From contig DATKTJ010000117.1 of assembly GCA_035531235.1 (NCBI GenBank), positions 44,085 to 108,084 on the forward strand: a DNA stretch of 64,000 nucleotides. Reading direction: 5' to 3'. The translations under genes and the position numbers were made by a program. The first letter of the stretch is position 1; each line of letters starts with the position of its first letter. The notes beneath the pieces are model-generated. The model did not search any database, was not told the origin of the DNA, and saw only the letters and a program-made list of their open reading frames with translations. Below, piece after piece: positions 1 through 10,983 of the stretch. The stretch is from Halothiobacillus sp. (GTDB lineage Bacteria; Pseudomonadota; Gammaproteobacteria; Halothiobacillales; Halothiobacillaceae).

Positions 1-1188
1 GCTATTCCCCTCGACCTGACTTGGGCCGAGCGTCGTCTGGGACTGGCCGTGTCCATGCAGACTGCCACCCAATATCTGAGTGCCCTTGGATGCGTGGTCA
101 GCAGTGACGTATCCGGTGTGCTTCAGGTCATTCCACCGACGCATCGTTTCGATCTTGCCATTCCAGAGGATTTGCTTGAGGAATTGGCGCGTTTGATCGG
201 TTTTGACGCATTTCGAGCGCCAATGGGGCGAGCGCCACTGACCATCCGCCGCGAGCCTGAAACCATGAATACGCCAGCGGATGTGGCGGACGTCATGAGC
301 GGACTCGGATTCTTCGAGGCGATTACCTATAGCTTCATTGATCCCGCCATCGCTGAATTGGTGACATCTGAAGCCCCCATTCGCCTGGCTAATCCCATTT
401 CCAGCGAAATGGCGGTCATGCGTCAGAGCCTGTGGCCCGGTTTGCTTCAGGCGATTCGCTTCAACCAGAATCGTCAGCAGGGGCGGGTGCGGCTGTTTGA
501 AATTGGTCGCGTATTCACGGGTGATCTCGATCATGTGGTCGAAACCGATCAATTGGCGGCGGCAGTCTGTGGTTCGCGCCTCCCCGAGCAATGGGGCGAT
601 AAAGAGGCACCGGTCGATTTCTTCGATCTCAAGGGTGACGTGGAATCCATGTTGCTGGGTTTGGGGTTTGCCCTGTCGCCCGGGGCGGACGAACGTTCGG
701 TGGTGACCTTCCAGGCGGGGCGTCATACTGCGCTGCATCCGGGACAAACGGCCGAAATTCTGATTGATGGGGTGCCGGAAGGTTGGATTGGCGCCTTGCA
801 TCCGCAACTGGTTGAAAGTCTGGATCTGGTCGGTCCTGTCTATGTGTTTTCGCTCAACATGGCAAAACTGCGCCAACGGAAACTACCGGCTAACCGCCCG
901 CTTTCCCGTTTCCCGCAGGTTCGTCGGGACCTCGCGCTGCTCAAGCCGGACCACCTTCCGGCCGCAGTACTCTTGGATATGATCCGCCAGGATGCCCCGG
1001 AGTCCTTGCGCTCGGTTGGATTGTTCGATCGGTACGTGGGCACCGGTATTGAACCGGGTTACGAAAGTATTGCATTGAAGCTTGTTTTTCAGAATTATGA
1101 ACGTACTCTGACGGACGAAGAAATTATCGCTATAATCAGCGACATACGCGCTAAACTTGCGCAACACGATATTTATTTGCGCACTTGA
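1..1188 (+). CDS. pheT: Phenylalanine--tRNA ligase beta subunit (3' part; gene starts before the window)
   Basis: Frame open from base 1. Motifs [40 protein letters not shown] and C-terminal FDX-ACB ([11 protein letters not shown]...RTLTDEEI). Followed by ihfA as usual. Confidence 0.97.
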   Translation, partial: AIPLDLTWAERRLGLAVSMQTATQYLSALGCVVSSDVSGVLQVIPPTHRFDLAIPEDLLEELARLIGFDAFRAPMGRAPLTIRREPETMNTPADVADVMSGLGFFEAITYSFIDPAIAELVTSEAPIRLANPISSEMAVMRQSLWPGLLQAIRFNQNRQQGRVRLFEIGRVFTGDLDHVVETDQLAAAVCGSRLPEQWGDKEAPVDFFDLKGDVESMLLGLGFALSPGADERSVVTFQAGRHTALHPGQTAEILIDGVPEGWIGALHPQLVESLDLVGPVYVFSLNMAKLRQRKLPANRPLSRFPQVRRDLALLKPDHLPAAVLLDMIRQDAPESLRSVGLFDRYVGTGIEPGYESIALKLVFQNYERTLTDEEIIAIISDIRAKLAQHDIYLRT

Positions 1189-1201
1189 AGGATTTTATTT
1201 C

Positions 1202-1504
1202 ATGGCTTTAACCAAAGCAGACCTTGTCGAAAAACTGCACACCGAACTTGGCCTCAACAAGCGAGAAGCTAAGGATTTTGTTGATATTTTCTTTGAGGAA
1301 CTCCGTGCTACGCTGGAGGTGGGCGAGGAAATAAAACTGTCCGGATTCGGGAATTTCCAGTTGCGCGACAAGAATGAGCGGCCAGGCCGCAATCCGCGTA
1401 CCGGGGAAATGATTCCTGTTTCGGCGCGTCGTGTGGTGACCTTCCGGGCGGGGCAGAAGCTCAAGACGATGGTCGAAGCCTATGATGGCACGCTTGCCTC
1501 CTGA
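1202..1504 (+). CDS. ihfA: Integration host factor alpha
   Basis: MALTKADL...[42 protein letters not shown]; ATG at 1202 after GAAGGA. Confidence 0.98.
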   Translation: MALTKADLVEKLHTELGLNKREAKDFVDIFFEELRATLEVGEEIKLSGFGNFQLRDKNERPGRNPRTGEMIPVSARRVVTFRAGQKLKTMVEAYDGTLAS

Positions 1505-2021
1505 AACGGGCTTGCCCCCGATTCCCAACAAGCGATATTTCACGATTGGTGAGGTGGGGGCTTTGTGCGATGTGAAATCGCACGTGTTGCGTTACTGGGA
1601 GCAGGAATTTTCCCAACTCAAGCCGTCCAAACGACGCGGGAACCGGCGTTATTATCAACGGCACGACATCGAATTGATCCGCCTGATCCGGGCATTGCTC
1701 TATGATCAGGGATTCACGATTGCCGGTGCGCGACAGCAGTTGTCCCAGGGGCAGAAGCCCTTGCCACGTGTCGAGTCCGGGACGACAGAAACGGTGCGTG
1801 AATGGGATTTGTCGCGGGTGGCGATTGATTCCGAAGGGCGGGAGCCTGCTTCGGTGGAGGCGGTAGCTTCCGCAGTCGCTGAATCCGACCTGCCTCCCAT
1901 CGTGGACATGCCGCCGGTGCTCAATGGCATGCACATCGAGTCGCCTGCGGCGCCCATGTCGCTCGGAGATATTCGCCGTTCCCTTGAGTTGATTCTGCAC
2001 GATCTGGAACAGAATTTTTAG
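1482..2021 (+). CDS. MerR-family transcriptional regulator (conserved ihfA neighbour), with an acidic/Pro-rich insertion
   Basis: [45 protein letters not shown]; conserved pheT-ihfA-merR order. Confidence 0.93.
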   Translation: MMARLPPETGLPPIPNKRYFTIGEVGALCDVKSHVLRYWEQEFSQLKPSKRRGNRRYYQRHDIELIRLIRALLYDQGFTIAGARQQLSQGQKPLPRVESGTTETVREWDLSRVAIDSEGREPASVEAVASAVAESDLPPIVDMPPVLNGMHIESPAAPMSLGDIRRSLELILHDLEQNF

Positions 2022-2144
2022 TCGTGCCGATCGTTTTACTGTTCTGTTCAGGAATATCTTCCCTGAAAGAACGGCTTCAATTTTCGGATGCATCCATGAG
2101 ATGCACTCGGTCGTTTTTAAACCATTATTTATAAAATCAGGGGC

Positions 2145-3374
2145 ATGATGAATACGAAGACCGGATTCAACAAGGTGGTATTGGCCTACTCAGGTGGCTT
2201 GGATACCTCGGTGATTCTCAAATGGCTGGAAGAAACCTACCAGTGTGAAGTGGTTACCTTTACCGCCGACCTCGGTCAGGGCGACGAACTGGAACCGGCG
2301 CGCACCAAGGCCCAGAAAATGGGCGTGAAGGACATTTTCATCGAGGATCTGCGTGAAGAATTCATTCGCGATTTTGTATTCCCGATGTTTCGCGCCAACG
2401 CGGTCTATGAAGGTGAGTATCTGCTGGGCACCTCGATTGCTCGTCCGCTGATCGCCAAGCGCCTGATCGAGATCGCCAATGAAACTGGTGCGGATGCGAT
2501 TTCTCATGGGGCGACCGGCAAGGGCAACGATCAGGTTCGTTTCGAATTGGGTGCTTATGCGCTCAAGCCAGGGATCAAGGTGATTGCCCCTTGGCGCGAA
2601 TGGGATCTCACCTCCCGTGAAACCCTGATGGCCTACGCCAAGAAACATGATATTCCCGTAGATTTTGCGGCTGCGGGTAAAAAATCACCCTACTCGATGG
2701 ATGCCAATTTACTGCATATCTCCTATGAAGGCGGGAATCTTGAGGACCCTTGGTGGGAGCCGGAAGAAAGCATGTGGCGCTGGTCCGTATCCCCGGAAGC
2801 CGCCCCCAATCAGGGTGAGGAGTTGACGCTGCGTTTTGAGAAGGGTGACCCTGTCGCCATCAATGACGAAGTGCTCTCGCCTGCGACCTTGTGGGCGCGA
2901 CTCAATCAGATCGGCGGCGCGCATGGCATCGGTCGCCTGGATCTGGTCGAAAACCGTTATGTCGGTATGAAATCACGCGGCTGTTATGAAACCCCGGCGG
3001 GCACTGTCGTTCTTAAAGCCCATCGCGCACTCGAATCACTTACCTTAGATCGTGAAGTCGCTCATCTGAAAGATGACCTGATGCCGCGCTATGCCGAGAT
3101 GATCTACAACGGTTACTGGTGGTCGCCTGAGCGCATCATGCTGCAAACGGCAATCGATGCCTCGCAGGCTTACGTGAACGGCGAGGTTCGGTTGCGTTTG
3201 TACAAGGGCAACGTTCAGGTGATCGGCCGCCGATCGGATGACACGCTCTTTGACCCAACCATCGCGACCTTCGAAGATGATGCGGGTGCCTATGACCAGC
3301 GTGATGCAGCGGGTTTCATCAAGCTCAATGCGTTGAGAATGCGAATCGCAGCCAAGGCCGGCCGCGTGTTGTGA
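2145..3374 (+). CDS. argG: Argininosuccinate synthase
   Basis: [53 protein letters not shown]. Confidence 0.98.
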   Translation: MMNTKTGFNKVVLAYSGGLDTSVILKWLEETYQCEVVTFTADLGQGDELEPARTKAQKMGVKDIFIEDLREEFIRDFVFPMFRANAVYEGEYLLGTSIARPLIAKRLIEIANETGADAISHGATGKGNDQVRFELGAYALKPGIKVIAPWREWDLTSRETLMAYAKKHDIPVDFAAAGKKSPYSMDANLLHISYEGGNLEDPWWEPEESMWRWSVSPEAAPNQGEELTLRFEKGDPVAINDEVLSPATLWARLNQIGGAHGIGRLDLVENRYVGMKSRGCYETPAGTVVLKAHRALESLTLDREVAHLKDDLMPRYAEMIYNGYWWSPERIMLQTAIDASQAYVNGEVRLRLYKGNVQVIGRRSDDTLFDPTIATFEDDAGAYDQRDAAGFIKLNALRMRIAAKAGRVL

Positions 3375-3424
3375 GTGCAGTGTGGTGCACCGATAGCCCA
3401 GTGCGGGCGGTATAGGGACTTGAC

Positions 3425-6184
3425 ATGCCATTGTTCGGGAAGCACGTCGTGATTATGCGTAACGACCGGCCTGCCATCGGGTACTTCTGGTTGGTCGTTC
3501 TGCTGGTTCTGGTTGGTGCTTTCCCGCCGGTGCAGGCAGCCCAAAAAATGGATCACGTGATCACCGTTGGCGTTCTCGCCTACGATGGCAAGCAACGGAC
3601 ACTGGCGCGCTGGCAGCCTACCGCCGATTATCTTTCAGCGCAGAACCCCGACGATCATTTTCAGATTGAACCGCTTTTCCAATCGGAACTCGCTGCCGCT
3701 GTGCGCGAGGGTCGGTTGGATTTTGTTCTGACGCAACCGCTGCAGTTTGTTGCGCTGTCCAGACAGGATAACGTCTGGCCATTGGCCACCATGAGCCTGC
3801 GTTCACCGAACGGTAAACTTGAACGGTTTGGCTCAGTCATTGTCGTTCGGTCCGATCGTGCCGATCTCCAGCATCTGGCCGACCTGAAGGGCAAAGTGGT
3901 GGCTGGCGCGGCGGAAAATGCCCTGGGTTCCTGGTTGTTGGGGCTCGATGCCCTGTCTCGTGCCGGTCTCGATCCGCATACCCAAATCCATCCGTTGTTC
4001 ACGGGTCTGCCGATGCAGCATGTTCTTCGCGCGGTTCTGGAGGATCGTGCCGATGCCGGGATCGTACGTACCGGCTACCTGGATCGTCTGATTGCCGAAG
4101 GTCGCCTGTCTCCTGGGCAGTTTCGCGTGCTTGATCCGCGAATCTATGCTGATTTTCCTTATCCGGTCAGCACCGAACTGGTGCCGGAGTGGCCATTCTC
4201 GGCCACCTCCCGGGTCAGCAATCACTTTGCCCGTCAGGTGGCGCAGCAACTGCTGGCCATGCCCGCAGACAGCCAGGCCGCTCAGGCTGCAGGAATTCAA
4301 ACCTGGGCGCTTCCGCTTGATTATTCGACCGTGCAGCATATTCGGGACCAATGGCTGCCGGATGCGCCTTCCCTGGCCCGTGTTTTCAAGGCTTATGGCT
4401 TTTGGCTGCTGCTGCCGATTGGGTTTTTGGTGTTCCTGTTTTACCTGCAAGGTAAGCGTACCCAGAAGTTTTTGCGGCTGCAGGAAAAACGGCTTAGATC
4501 CACCCTGGATGCTCTGCACGATGCGGTCGTCGTCCTCTCACCGGCAGGTCGTGTCCAGTTTGCCAATCAGAGTACGCAACTGCTGTTGCAGTTTCCGAAC
4601 CAACCCCTGGCCAATTTGCAGGGGCGTCACTTCTCGGAATTGTTTCATATGCAGTGGAGCGATGCGCGGGAAGTCGGCAGCCTGCAGCAAGCCATCGAAT
4701 TGCTCCCGGACAACCCCGAACAGGAATATGAGATTCAGTTTCTGATCGGGCATCAATTGCGCGAAATCGATCTGCGTATGAGCTGGTTGGGTGATGGGGG
4801 GCATGTACACAGCGCGCCGTGCATTATCCTGTCCATGCGGGATGTGACGGACTACCGGGAGGCCACGGCCCTGCTGGCCTACCGTGCGAGTCATGATCGT
4901 CTGACCGGGTTGATGAATCGCACCGCCTTCGAGGAGTTCCTGGAGCGTCAGTGTCATTCGCTGAGCGAGAGAAAGAGTGAAGGTCTGGTCTTATGGGTGG
5001 ATGTCGATGATTTCCGATTGATCAATGAGTCTAACTCTCGTGAAGTGGGCGATCAGATCATCGCTCGGCTGGCCAGCCATCTCTCGCTTGAGTTGCCTAC
5101 CTCGGGATTGATTGCCCGGCTGGGTGCGGATGAATTCGGACTCTGGATTCCGGATATCCAGTCGATTTCCTTCCGGCAATGGCCCGATGATCTATTGACG
5201 TCTCTGCGGGAGTGGCGATTTACTGTCGGTGTCGATCGGGTACGCATCACGCTCAGTATCGGTGTGAGCATGGCCGACTACCGGTTGGGCGCCGATATGC
5301 TGAAGGATGCGGAAGCAGCCTGCCGACGTGCGTATCGCGAGGGTGGGAATCGGGTTTACTGGTTTACCCGGGACGATCAGGAGATCGCCACGCGCCGTCA
5401 TCAGTTGGCCACGCTGGGTCAGTTGAAACAGGCCCTGGATGAGGAACGATTCTGTCAGGTCATTCAGCGCATCCAGCCAACACGTGCCCACGGTGTGACG
5501 TCCCCCGACCATTACGAAGTCTTGTTACGGGTCTGCGATGCCAATGGCGGGTTACAGAATCCGGCCCAGTTTATCGAGGCCGCCGAGAAATATCATTTCA
5601 TGGCCGAGATCGATCGTTGGGTGATTCGCAAGACTTTTGGTTTCCTCGCGCAGATCAAGAGCAATCCACCGATACTGGCCATCAATCTTTCCGGTGCGAC
5701 GGTTCAGGACCCGCAGATCAACCCGTTTATTCGCGCCGCATTCCGGGAGTTTGACCTGGATCCGGCGTTGATCTGTTTTGAAATTACTGAGACGTCGGCG
5801 ATCACCAATTACGAAATGGTGCTGGAATTGATGACGGCCTTGCGCGAGCTGGGGTGTAGTCTGGCACTGGACGACTTCGGCGGTGGCTTGCTGTCCTTCG
5901 AGTTCCTGAGACGGTTGCAGCCCGACTATGTGAAGATCGATGGGAAGTTGATCCGGGATATCGTTGAGGATCCGGTGGCCGAGGTGATCGTCAGTGCGAT
6001 TCATCAGGTGGCGCTTGTCATGCAGGCTCAGACGATCGGGGAATGGGTGGAAAACGAGGCTATTCAGGCACGACTGGAGGAAATCGGTATCCATTATGTG
6101 CAAGGGTACCTGCACCACCGCCCGGGTCCGGTCACGGAACTGTTGCCCGATTACTCCCCGGCCTGTACCAAATCGCCGACCTGA
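3425..6184 (+). CDS. Membrane c-di-GMP signalling protein: PhnD-like periplasmic binding domain-TM-PAS-GGDEF(GADEF)-EAL (start may be 3455)
   Basis: Signal/TM segment, ITVGVLA..RWQPTADYL..DLKGK binding-protein fold, HDRLTGLMNR, RLGADEF, YEVLLR, FEITE, DDFG, VKIDG. Confidence 0.88.
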   Translation: MPLFGKHVVIMRNDRPAIGYFWLVVLLVLVGAFPPVQAAQKMDHVITVGVLAYDGKQRTLARWQPTADYLSAQNPDDHFQIEPLFQSELAAAVREGRLDFVLTQPLQFVALSRQDNVWPLATMSLRSPNGKLERFGSVIVVRSDRADLQHLADLKGKVVAGAAENALGSWLLGLDALSRAGLDPHTQIHPLFTGLPMQHVLRAVLEDRADAGIVRTGYLDRLIAEGRLSPGQFRVLDPRIYADFPYPVSTELVPEWPFSATSRVSNHFARQVAQQLLAMPADSQAAQAAGIQTWALPLDYSTVQHIRDQWLPDAPSLARVFKAYGFWLLLPIGFLVFLFYLQGKRTQKFLRLQEKRLRSTLDALHDAVVVLSPAGRVQFANQSTQLLLQFPNQPLANLQGRHFSELFHMQWSDAREVGSLQQAIELLPDNPEQEYEIQFLIGHQLREIDLRMSWLGDGGHVHSAPCIILSMRDVTDYREATALLAYRASHDRLTGLMNRTAFEEFLERQCHSLSERKSEGLVLWVDVDDFRLINESNSREVGDQIIARLASHLSLELPTSGLIARLGADEFGLWIPDIQSISFRQWPDDLLTSLREWRFTVGVDRVRITLSIGVSMADYRLGADMLKDAEAACRRAYREGGNRVYWFTRDDQEIATRRHQLATLGQLKQALDEERFCQVIQRIQPTRAHGVTSPDHYEVLLRVCDANGGLQNPAQFIEAAEKYHFMAEIDRWVIRKTFGFLAQIKSNPPILAINLSGATVQDPQINPFIRAAFREFDLDPALICFEITETSAITNYEMVLELMTALRELGCSLALDDFGGGLLSFEFLRRLQPDYVKIDGKLIRDIVEDPVAEVIVSAIHQVALVMQAQTIGEWVENEAIQARLEEIGIHYVQGYLHHRPGPVTELLPDYSPACTKSPT

Positions 6185-7092
6185 ACCAGTTGCGGCCCCA
6201 TGTACCGGAGTACCGTGGATCGGTGACCCAGGTGGATGATATCTGTCGTGCCCAGGGATTCCAGGAGATGCCGTTCAGGCAAGGGCTCCTGACCCAGCAG
6301 GCTGATGGGGGCCGACCGACGCAACAGGCGTGGCTGATCGCTGATGCGCAGCCCGTCGTCGGCGCCTCGGTTGATGGTGATCTGCGTCCCTTCGACCCGA
6401 ATAACCTGGCCCTGTAGTGGTTCGCAGTCGAGCGACTGACTGATGAATTCGGCAGTGTGCTCGGCGAGATGTTGGAGTGATTGTCCGTAGGCACCGACCC
6501 AGAATGGGGCGCCTCGGGCGTCGATCGGTGGGCGATACGGGGATGTACCAATGGGTTCGGCACTGATTTCGCTGTGTGCGACCTGGGTTTCCCGGGCACT
6601 GTCGTCGATGGTGATGTCGAGCGTACCGCTCCTCGGGTCCGAGCTGGGCCCGAAGAAAGACCAGCTGCTGTCCTGACCGGACGGTATGAAATCATGGCCG
6701 CTGATCCGGACGAAATAGGTCCGGCCCGTCTGGGTGAAAGACCCGATGGCCGGTGCCAGATTCGTTGCCCGGGTCGCGGGGATGAGTGTGGTCCGGAAGG
6801 TGCCCTGACTGTCGAGGTCTTTCGCAATGAGTTCGCTGAGCGCCGTACCGAGCCTGAGGATGTCTGCGGGCGGTGCTGGAATCCAGACGCGGGTCAGCGC
6901 GAGGGATTTGACGAATCGATGGTTGCTGCAGACGCCGCTTTCCGCCGCTACCGTGGGCGTTGGCTGCACCACGCTGGTTGGTTGTAGCGGCAGGGCGGGT
7001 AATCGCTGTCCGGCGGCCTCGCTCACGAGGGGCGCGATGACCAGGAGCAGCAGGGTGCGTTGCAGTAGCAGGGGCTTGTTCAGATTGCGCAT
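6151..7092 (-). CDS. FlgT-like exported protein (flagellar assembly protein T, middle and C-terminal domains)
   Basis: Signal peptide, Cys pair (GVC..., LDCEPLQGQVIRVEGTQITINRGADDGL), FW..AYG motif and terminal QVGDLV typical of FlgT_M/FlgT_C. Confidence 0.65.
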   Translation of the reverse strand: MRNLNKPLLLQRTLLLLVIAPLVSEAAGQRLPALPLQPTSVVQPTPTVAAESGVCSNHRFVKSLALTRVWIPAPPADILRLGTALSELIAKDLDSQGTFRTTLIPATRATNLAPAIGSFTQTGRTYFVRISGHDFIPSGQDSSWSFFGPSSDPRSGTLDITIDDSARETQVAHSEISAEPIGTSPYRPPIDARGAPFWVGAYGQSLQHLAEHTAEFISQSLDCEPLQGQVIRVEGTQITINRGADDGLRISDQPRLLRRSAPISLLGQEPLPERHLLESLGTTDIIHLGHRSTVLRYMGPQLVQVGDLVQAGE

Positions 7093-7234
7093 GGTGTGGT
7101 TTGTGCCGTCCGGTGTCGGGTTAATCAGAGGCGCCTTGCGGTTACTTTACGCTATGATCCCCTCAGTTCGATAGCGTGGTTAATACGCCATTGTTGTTTT
7201 TCCCATTTTATCTTGTCGTTGTTCCGAGGTTTGC

Positions 7235-8641
7235 ATGACTGTTCGTACCCGCTTCGCTCCATCCCCCACCGGTTATCTCCATATCGGTGGCGCACGCACA
7301 GCGTTGTTCAGTTATCTGTATGCGCGTCGCCATGGCGGAGCATTTGTTCTGCGTGTCGAGGATACGGATCGTGAGCGGTCCACGCCGGAGTCGGTTAACG
7401 CCATCCTCGAAGGCATGACCTGGTTGAATCTGGACTATGACGAGGGGCCGTTCTACCAAACCGAACGCATGGCACGATATCAGGCCGTGATCGAGCAGCT
7501 GCTGGCCACCGACCATGCCTACTATTGTTATGCCAGCCGCGAAGAACTCGATGCCCTGCGTGAAGGGCAGATGGCTCGCGGCGAGAAGCCGCGCTATGAC
7601 CGGCGCTATCGTGACTTTACGGGCACACCGCCCACCGGCGTCGCGCCGGTCGTGCGGTTTCGAAACCCGCTTGAGGGCGAGGTTGTGATCGATGATGGCG
7701 TGCGGGGTCGGGTCGTGTTCCAGAACAGCGAACTGGATGATCTGATCATTGCACGTTCCGATGGCAGTCCGACTTATAACCTCACGGTGGTGGTCGACGA
7801 CTGGGACATGGGTATCACGCATGTGGTTCGGGGCGACGATCATCTAAACAATACGCCGCGTCAGATCAATCTCTATCACGCATTGGGCGTGACGCCGCCG
7901 CAGTTTGCCCATCTGCCGATGATTCATGCGCCGGATGGTGCCAAGCTCTCAAAGCGGCATGGTGCGGTCAGCGTGATGCAGTATCGTGAAGATGGATATC
8001 TGCCCGAAGCCCTGTTGAACTATCTGGTTCGGCTCGGTTGGTCCCATGGCGATGATGAGATCTTCGATCGTCCGACCATGGTTCAATTGTTCGATATTTC
8101 AGGCATCAATCAGTCGGCCTCCAGCATCAACCCCGACAAGTTGCGCTGGTTGAATCAACAGTACATCAAGAGCCAGCCTCCGGCCGAGGTGGCCACGGAG
8201 CTGCGCTGGCATCTGGGCCGTATCGGTATCGATCCTGCCGATTCGTCGTTGGACCCAGCCCGCCTCGTGACGGCGTACGCCGATCGTGTGCATACCCTCG
8301 TCGAACTGGCGGCACTGGCTCGACCTTATTATCAGCCTCTCGGCGGATATGATCCTGCGGCGCTGGCGAAACTGGATGCCGATGCGCCCAATATTCTCGA
8401 TACCCTGGATGCCGCATTGGGCGATGTCGATGTCTGGGCGAGCGAGGCGCTTCTGGACCAGGCGGTCAAACAGGTGGCCGAGGCCCTCGGGTTCAAACTC
8501 GGCAAGGTCGGGCCGTTGTTGCGTCTGGCTTTGGTCGGCCAGAGCGCGTCCCCCAGCCTTGGTGTCACCTTGAATCTGCTTGGCCAGGCGAAGGCCCAGG
8601 ATCGGATACGCGCTCTGAAAACCCATTTGCAGGAGCAATAA
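7235..8641 (+). CDS. gltX: Glutamate--tRNA ligase
   Basis: RTRFAPSPTGYLHIGG, LRVEDTD, VVRGDDHLNNTPRQ, KLSKR, plus anticodon-binding domain. Confidence 0.98.
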   Translation: MTVRTRFAPSPTGYLHIGGARTALFSYLYARRHGGAFVLRVEDTDRERSTPESVNAILEGMTWLNLDYDEGPFYQTERMARYQAVIEQLLATDHAYYCYASREELDALREGQMARGEKPRYDRRYRDFTGTPPTGVAPVVRFRNPLEGEVVIDDGVRGRVVFQNSELDDLIIARSDGSPTYNLTVVVDDWDMGITHVVRGDDHLNNTPRQINLYHALGVTPPQFAHLPMIHAPDGAKLSKRHGAVSVMQYREDGYLPEALLNYLVRLGWSHGDDEIFDRPTMVQLFDISGINQSASSINPDKLRWLNQQYIKSQPPAEVATELRWHLGRIGIDPADSSLDPARLVTAYADRVHTLVELAALARPYYQPLGGYDPAALAKLDADAPNILDTLDAALGDVDVWASEALLDQAVKQVAEALGFKLGKVGPLLRLALVGQSASPSLGVTLNLLGQAKAQDRIRALKTHLQEQ

Positions 8642-8688
8642 CACGTGTTGAGCATGGATTATTCAACCGACTGATCAAGGGACTGATT

Positions 8689-10977
8689 ATGCCGTTATCG
8701 CTACGTTGGGTTCTGGTCTACGTCGTCGTCGCTATCCTCTGGATTTCGGTGATGCAATGGCTGTTGCAGAGTATCGGGGGCGGTCAGTGGTCGATTTCGG
8801 TCGGGGGACTGATTGTTGGCGGCGTTTTTGTTCTGATCACCGCCTGGTTGCTGTTTCTTCTGCTGGAGCGGGGCCATACCCGCGCTGTAACGGCTGGAAA
8901 TGCGCATGTTCAGGCGGATGGACGCGCGAGAATCTGGTGGGCAGCCCTCGGTGGGCTGATCGGTGTGACGTTGCTTGCGCAATTATTCATGGTGTCATTT
9001 GCCACGCGGGAATACCGTCCGGTTCTTCTGAAACAGGCACATGCCGAATTGATCGGCCAGGTCCGGTTGCAGGCAAAAGCCATCAACGACTGGTTGAGAC
9101 AGCGCAACGAACGGGTCTCGCGGTTGTCCGCCCAGACCGAAACCCTGTCCGAACGACTGCAGGCCAACCAGAAGAACCCCGCTGAAGCCTTGACGGAGAT
9201 GGGACAGCTGGTATCAGACAGTGGATTCGTCACGATCACCCTGTACAACTCGGATCATATTCAAAAGTTGCAGTTTGGTCTGAAAAGTTCGGCAAAGGCA
9301 CCAGATGTCCTGTTCGAACGTGCGGCGGCAACGGCGAAGGTCCAGTTCGATTGTCGATTCGAAGCCGGACGGTCCTCTGCAGATTGCTACTGGGTACTGC
9401 CCTTGTTTCTGGGACACAGTGAGGTGAGTGGCGGTCCCTGGTATCTCGTGTTCTATGGCGCGCTGGATGCCGCAAGCCTTGCTGTCCATGACACCGCCGC
9501 GTCGTCTCATCTCGTGCGGACCTTGATTTTACTGTCGCCGGACGAGGCGCCTGCGCGCCAATGGCTAAGTTTGTCCCTGCATCCGGAGAGTGATTCCGAC
9601 ATGCAAGGGGGGGCGGTTCATGCCGTGTCGCCACAAGATATGGCCTGTATCAACCAGGCCAAACCCCTGGGTGCACTGCTTCAGGGAGAACCTGATGATC
9701 CGCGGTCAGTTGCCCCCCCGGGCCCTGCCACACTGATGAGTGGCCAGTTGGACTGTGCCCCCCACGCCGTACTTTATGCCAGCATGCTTGTGCCGGAACT
9801 GCATGCCTTGTTGTGGGCAGCCAATACCGAGTCTTCCATACTCCAGCCCATTCGCAAGACCCGGCAGCTATTGGCTGTCGCCGCATTGTCCGGGGTGATG
9901 GCCCTGTTGCTCGCCTTGTTCTTTTTCTGGCAGATCATGCGACTGCAGCACCATAAGGCCTTGTTCGCGCTGGTCCGGGAACGTGACCAGCTGGATGTGT
10001 TCTGGGAACAGATGCCGACCATGGGGTTGGCCTTGGTTGATCCACTTGCCTGGACCGTGCTGAATGTGAACCGCCGTTGGGCCCAGATTTTCCACTCCGG
10101 ACGCGAAGCGATGCTGGGGCAGGAGTTGCTGGCTATCATCCAGCCAGTTTCCGGGCTGGCAGCTATCGAGGAAATCCACGCGACCGATCAGCAGACATTG
10201 CAGGATTTGTGCGGCGGTATTCGGGAGGAGGTGGTTCTGACGCGCCGTATCCGTATGAATGACCCTGCGGGTGAATGGGTCCGGATCAGCATGCGGGTGT
10301 TGAAAGCGATTGACCAGACCATATTGGGTGTCGTTGTGGCATTGGACAGTCTGGGCGAAACGGTCGATATCACGCACCAGACGCAGGCAGAACGGGATTT
10401 TTATCGATTGGCCTGGGCGTTGATTCAGGCGCGCGCCCATGCAGTGGACGGTGCGGCGTTGACTCCGGCAGACGCGGAAACCCCCGTCGATCAATTCAGT
10501 CAATTGAGTACCCGAATCGTCGACGAGACGGGCATCATGGCGCTGTGCCTGTATACGCATTGGCCCGAGACCTGGTCTTCCTCATCGGATCTGACGGGGC
10601 CCCAGATCGAGCAGCACGAGCAGAAGCACTTCCAGTGTCATGGGGGCACCGCACCGATCCGGGATATTGCCAACCAGATGGCCGCGAATGGGCTGATTGA
10701 CCGGGCGCTGGTCGCGCAGTCGCCCATCTTTATCGACGATGATGTCAAAACGGCCGGCATGACGGTTGTGACCTTGCAGGCCGAACTGATCGAGCAACTC
10801 AAGCCCTATCCCGTGGGCGCTTTTGCGATCATTCCGATGTCGGCGGGTAGTGGCGGGGATTGTGTGCGTGCCTGGATTGTTTTTGCCGGTGAAGGCATGC
10901 GCTTTACGACACCCGTACGCACCGCGTTGATGGCCCTGCTCGCCGTGGCCACCGAGGAACTTGCCACTTCGGTGTAA
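8689..10977 (+). CDS. Membrane sensor-like protein (TM helices, periplasmic Cache-like region, PAS-like and GAF-like regions; no recognisable output domain)
   Basis: Three N-terminal hydrophobic helices and a further TM near aa 395-415. FWEQMPTMGLALVD..VLNVNRRWAQIF..REAMLGQ is PAS-like. Confidence 0.6.
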   Translation: MPLSLRWVLVYVVVAILWISVMQWLLQSIGGGQWSISVGGLIVGGVFVLITAWLLFLLLERGHTRAVTAGNAHVQADGRARIWWAALGGLIGVTLLAQLFMVSFATREYRPVLLKQAHAELIGQVRLQAKAINDWLRQRNERVSRLSAQTETLSERLQANQKNPAEALTEMGQLVSDSGFVTITLYNSDHIQKLQFGLKSSAKAPDVLFERAAATAKVQFDCRFEAGRSSADCYWVLPLFLGHSEVSGGPWYLVFYGALDAASLAVHDTAASSHLVRTLILLSPDEAPARQWLSLSLHPESDSDMQGGAVHAVSPQDMACINQAKPLGALLQGEPDDPRSVAPPGPATLMSGQLDCAPHAVLYASMLVPELHALLWAANTESSILQPIRKTRQLLAVAALSGVMALLLALFFFWQIMRLQHHKALFALVRERDQLDVFWEQMPTMGLALVDPLAWTVLNVNRRWAQIFHSGREAMLGQELLAIIQPVSGLAAIEEIHATDQQTLQDLCGGIREEVVLTRRIRMNDPAGEWVRISMRVLKAIDQTILGVVVALDSLGETVDITHQTQAERDFYRLAWALIQARAHAVDGAALTPADAETPVDQFSQLSTRIVDETGIMALCLYTHWPETWSSSSDLTGPQIEQHEQKHFQCHGGTAPIRDIANQMAANGLIDRALVAQSPIFIDDDVKTAGMTVVTLQAELIEQLKPYPVGAFAIIPMSAGSGGDCVRAWIVFAGEGMRFTTPVRTALMALLAVATEELATSV

Positions 10978-10983
10978 GTATTC

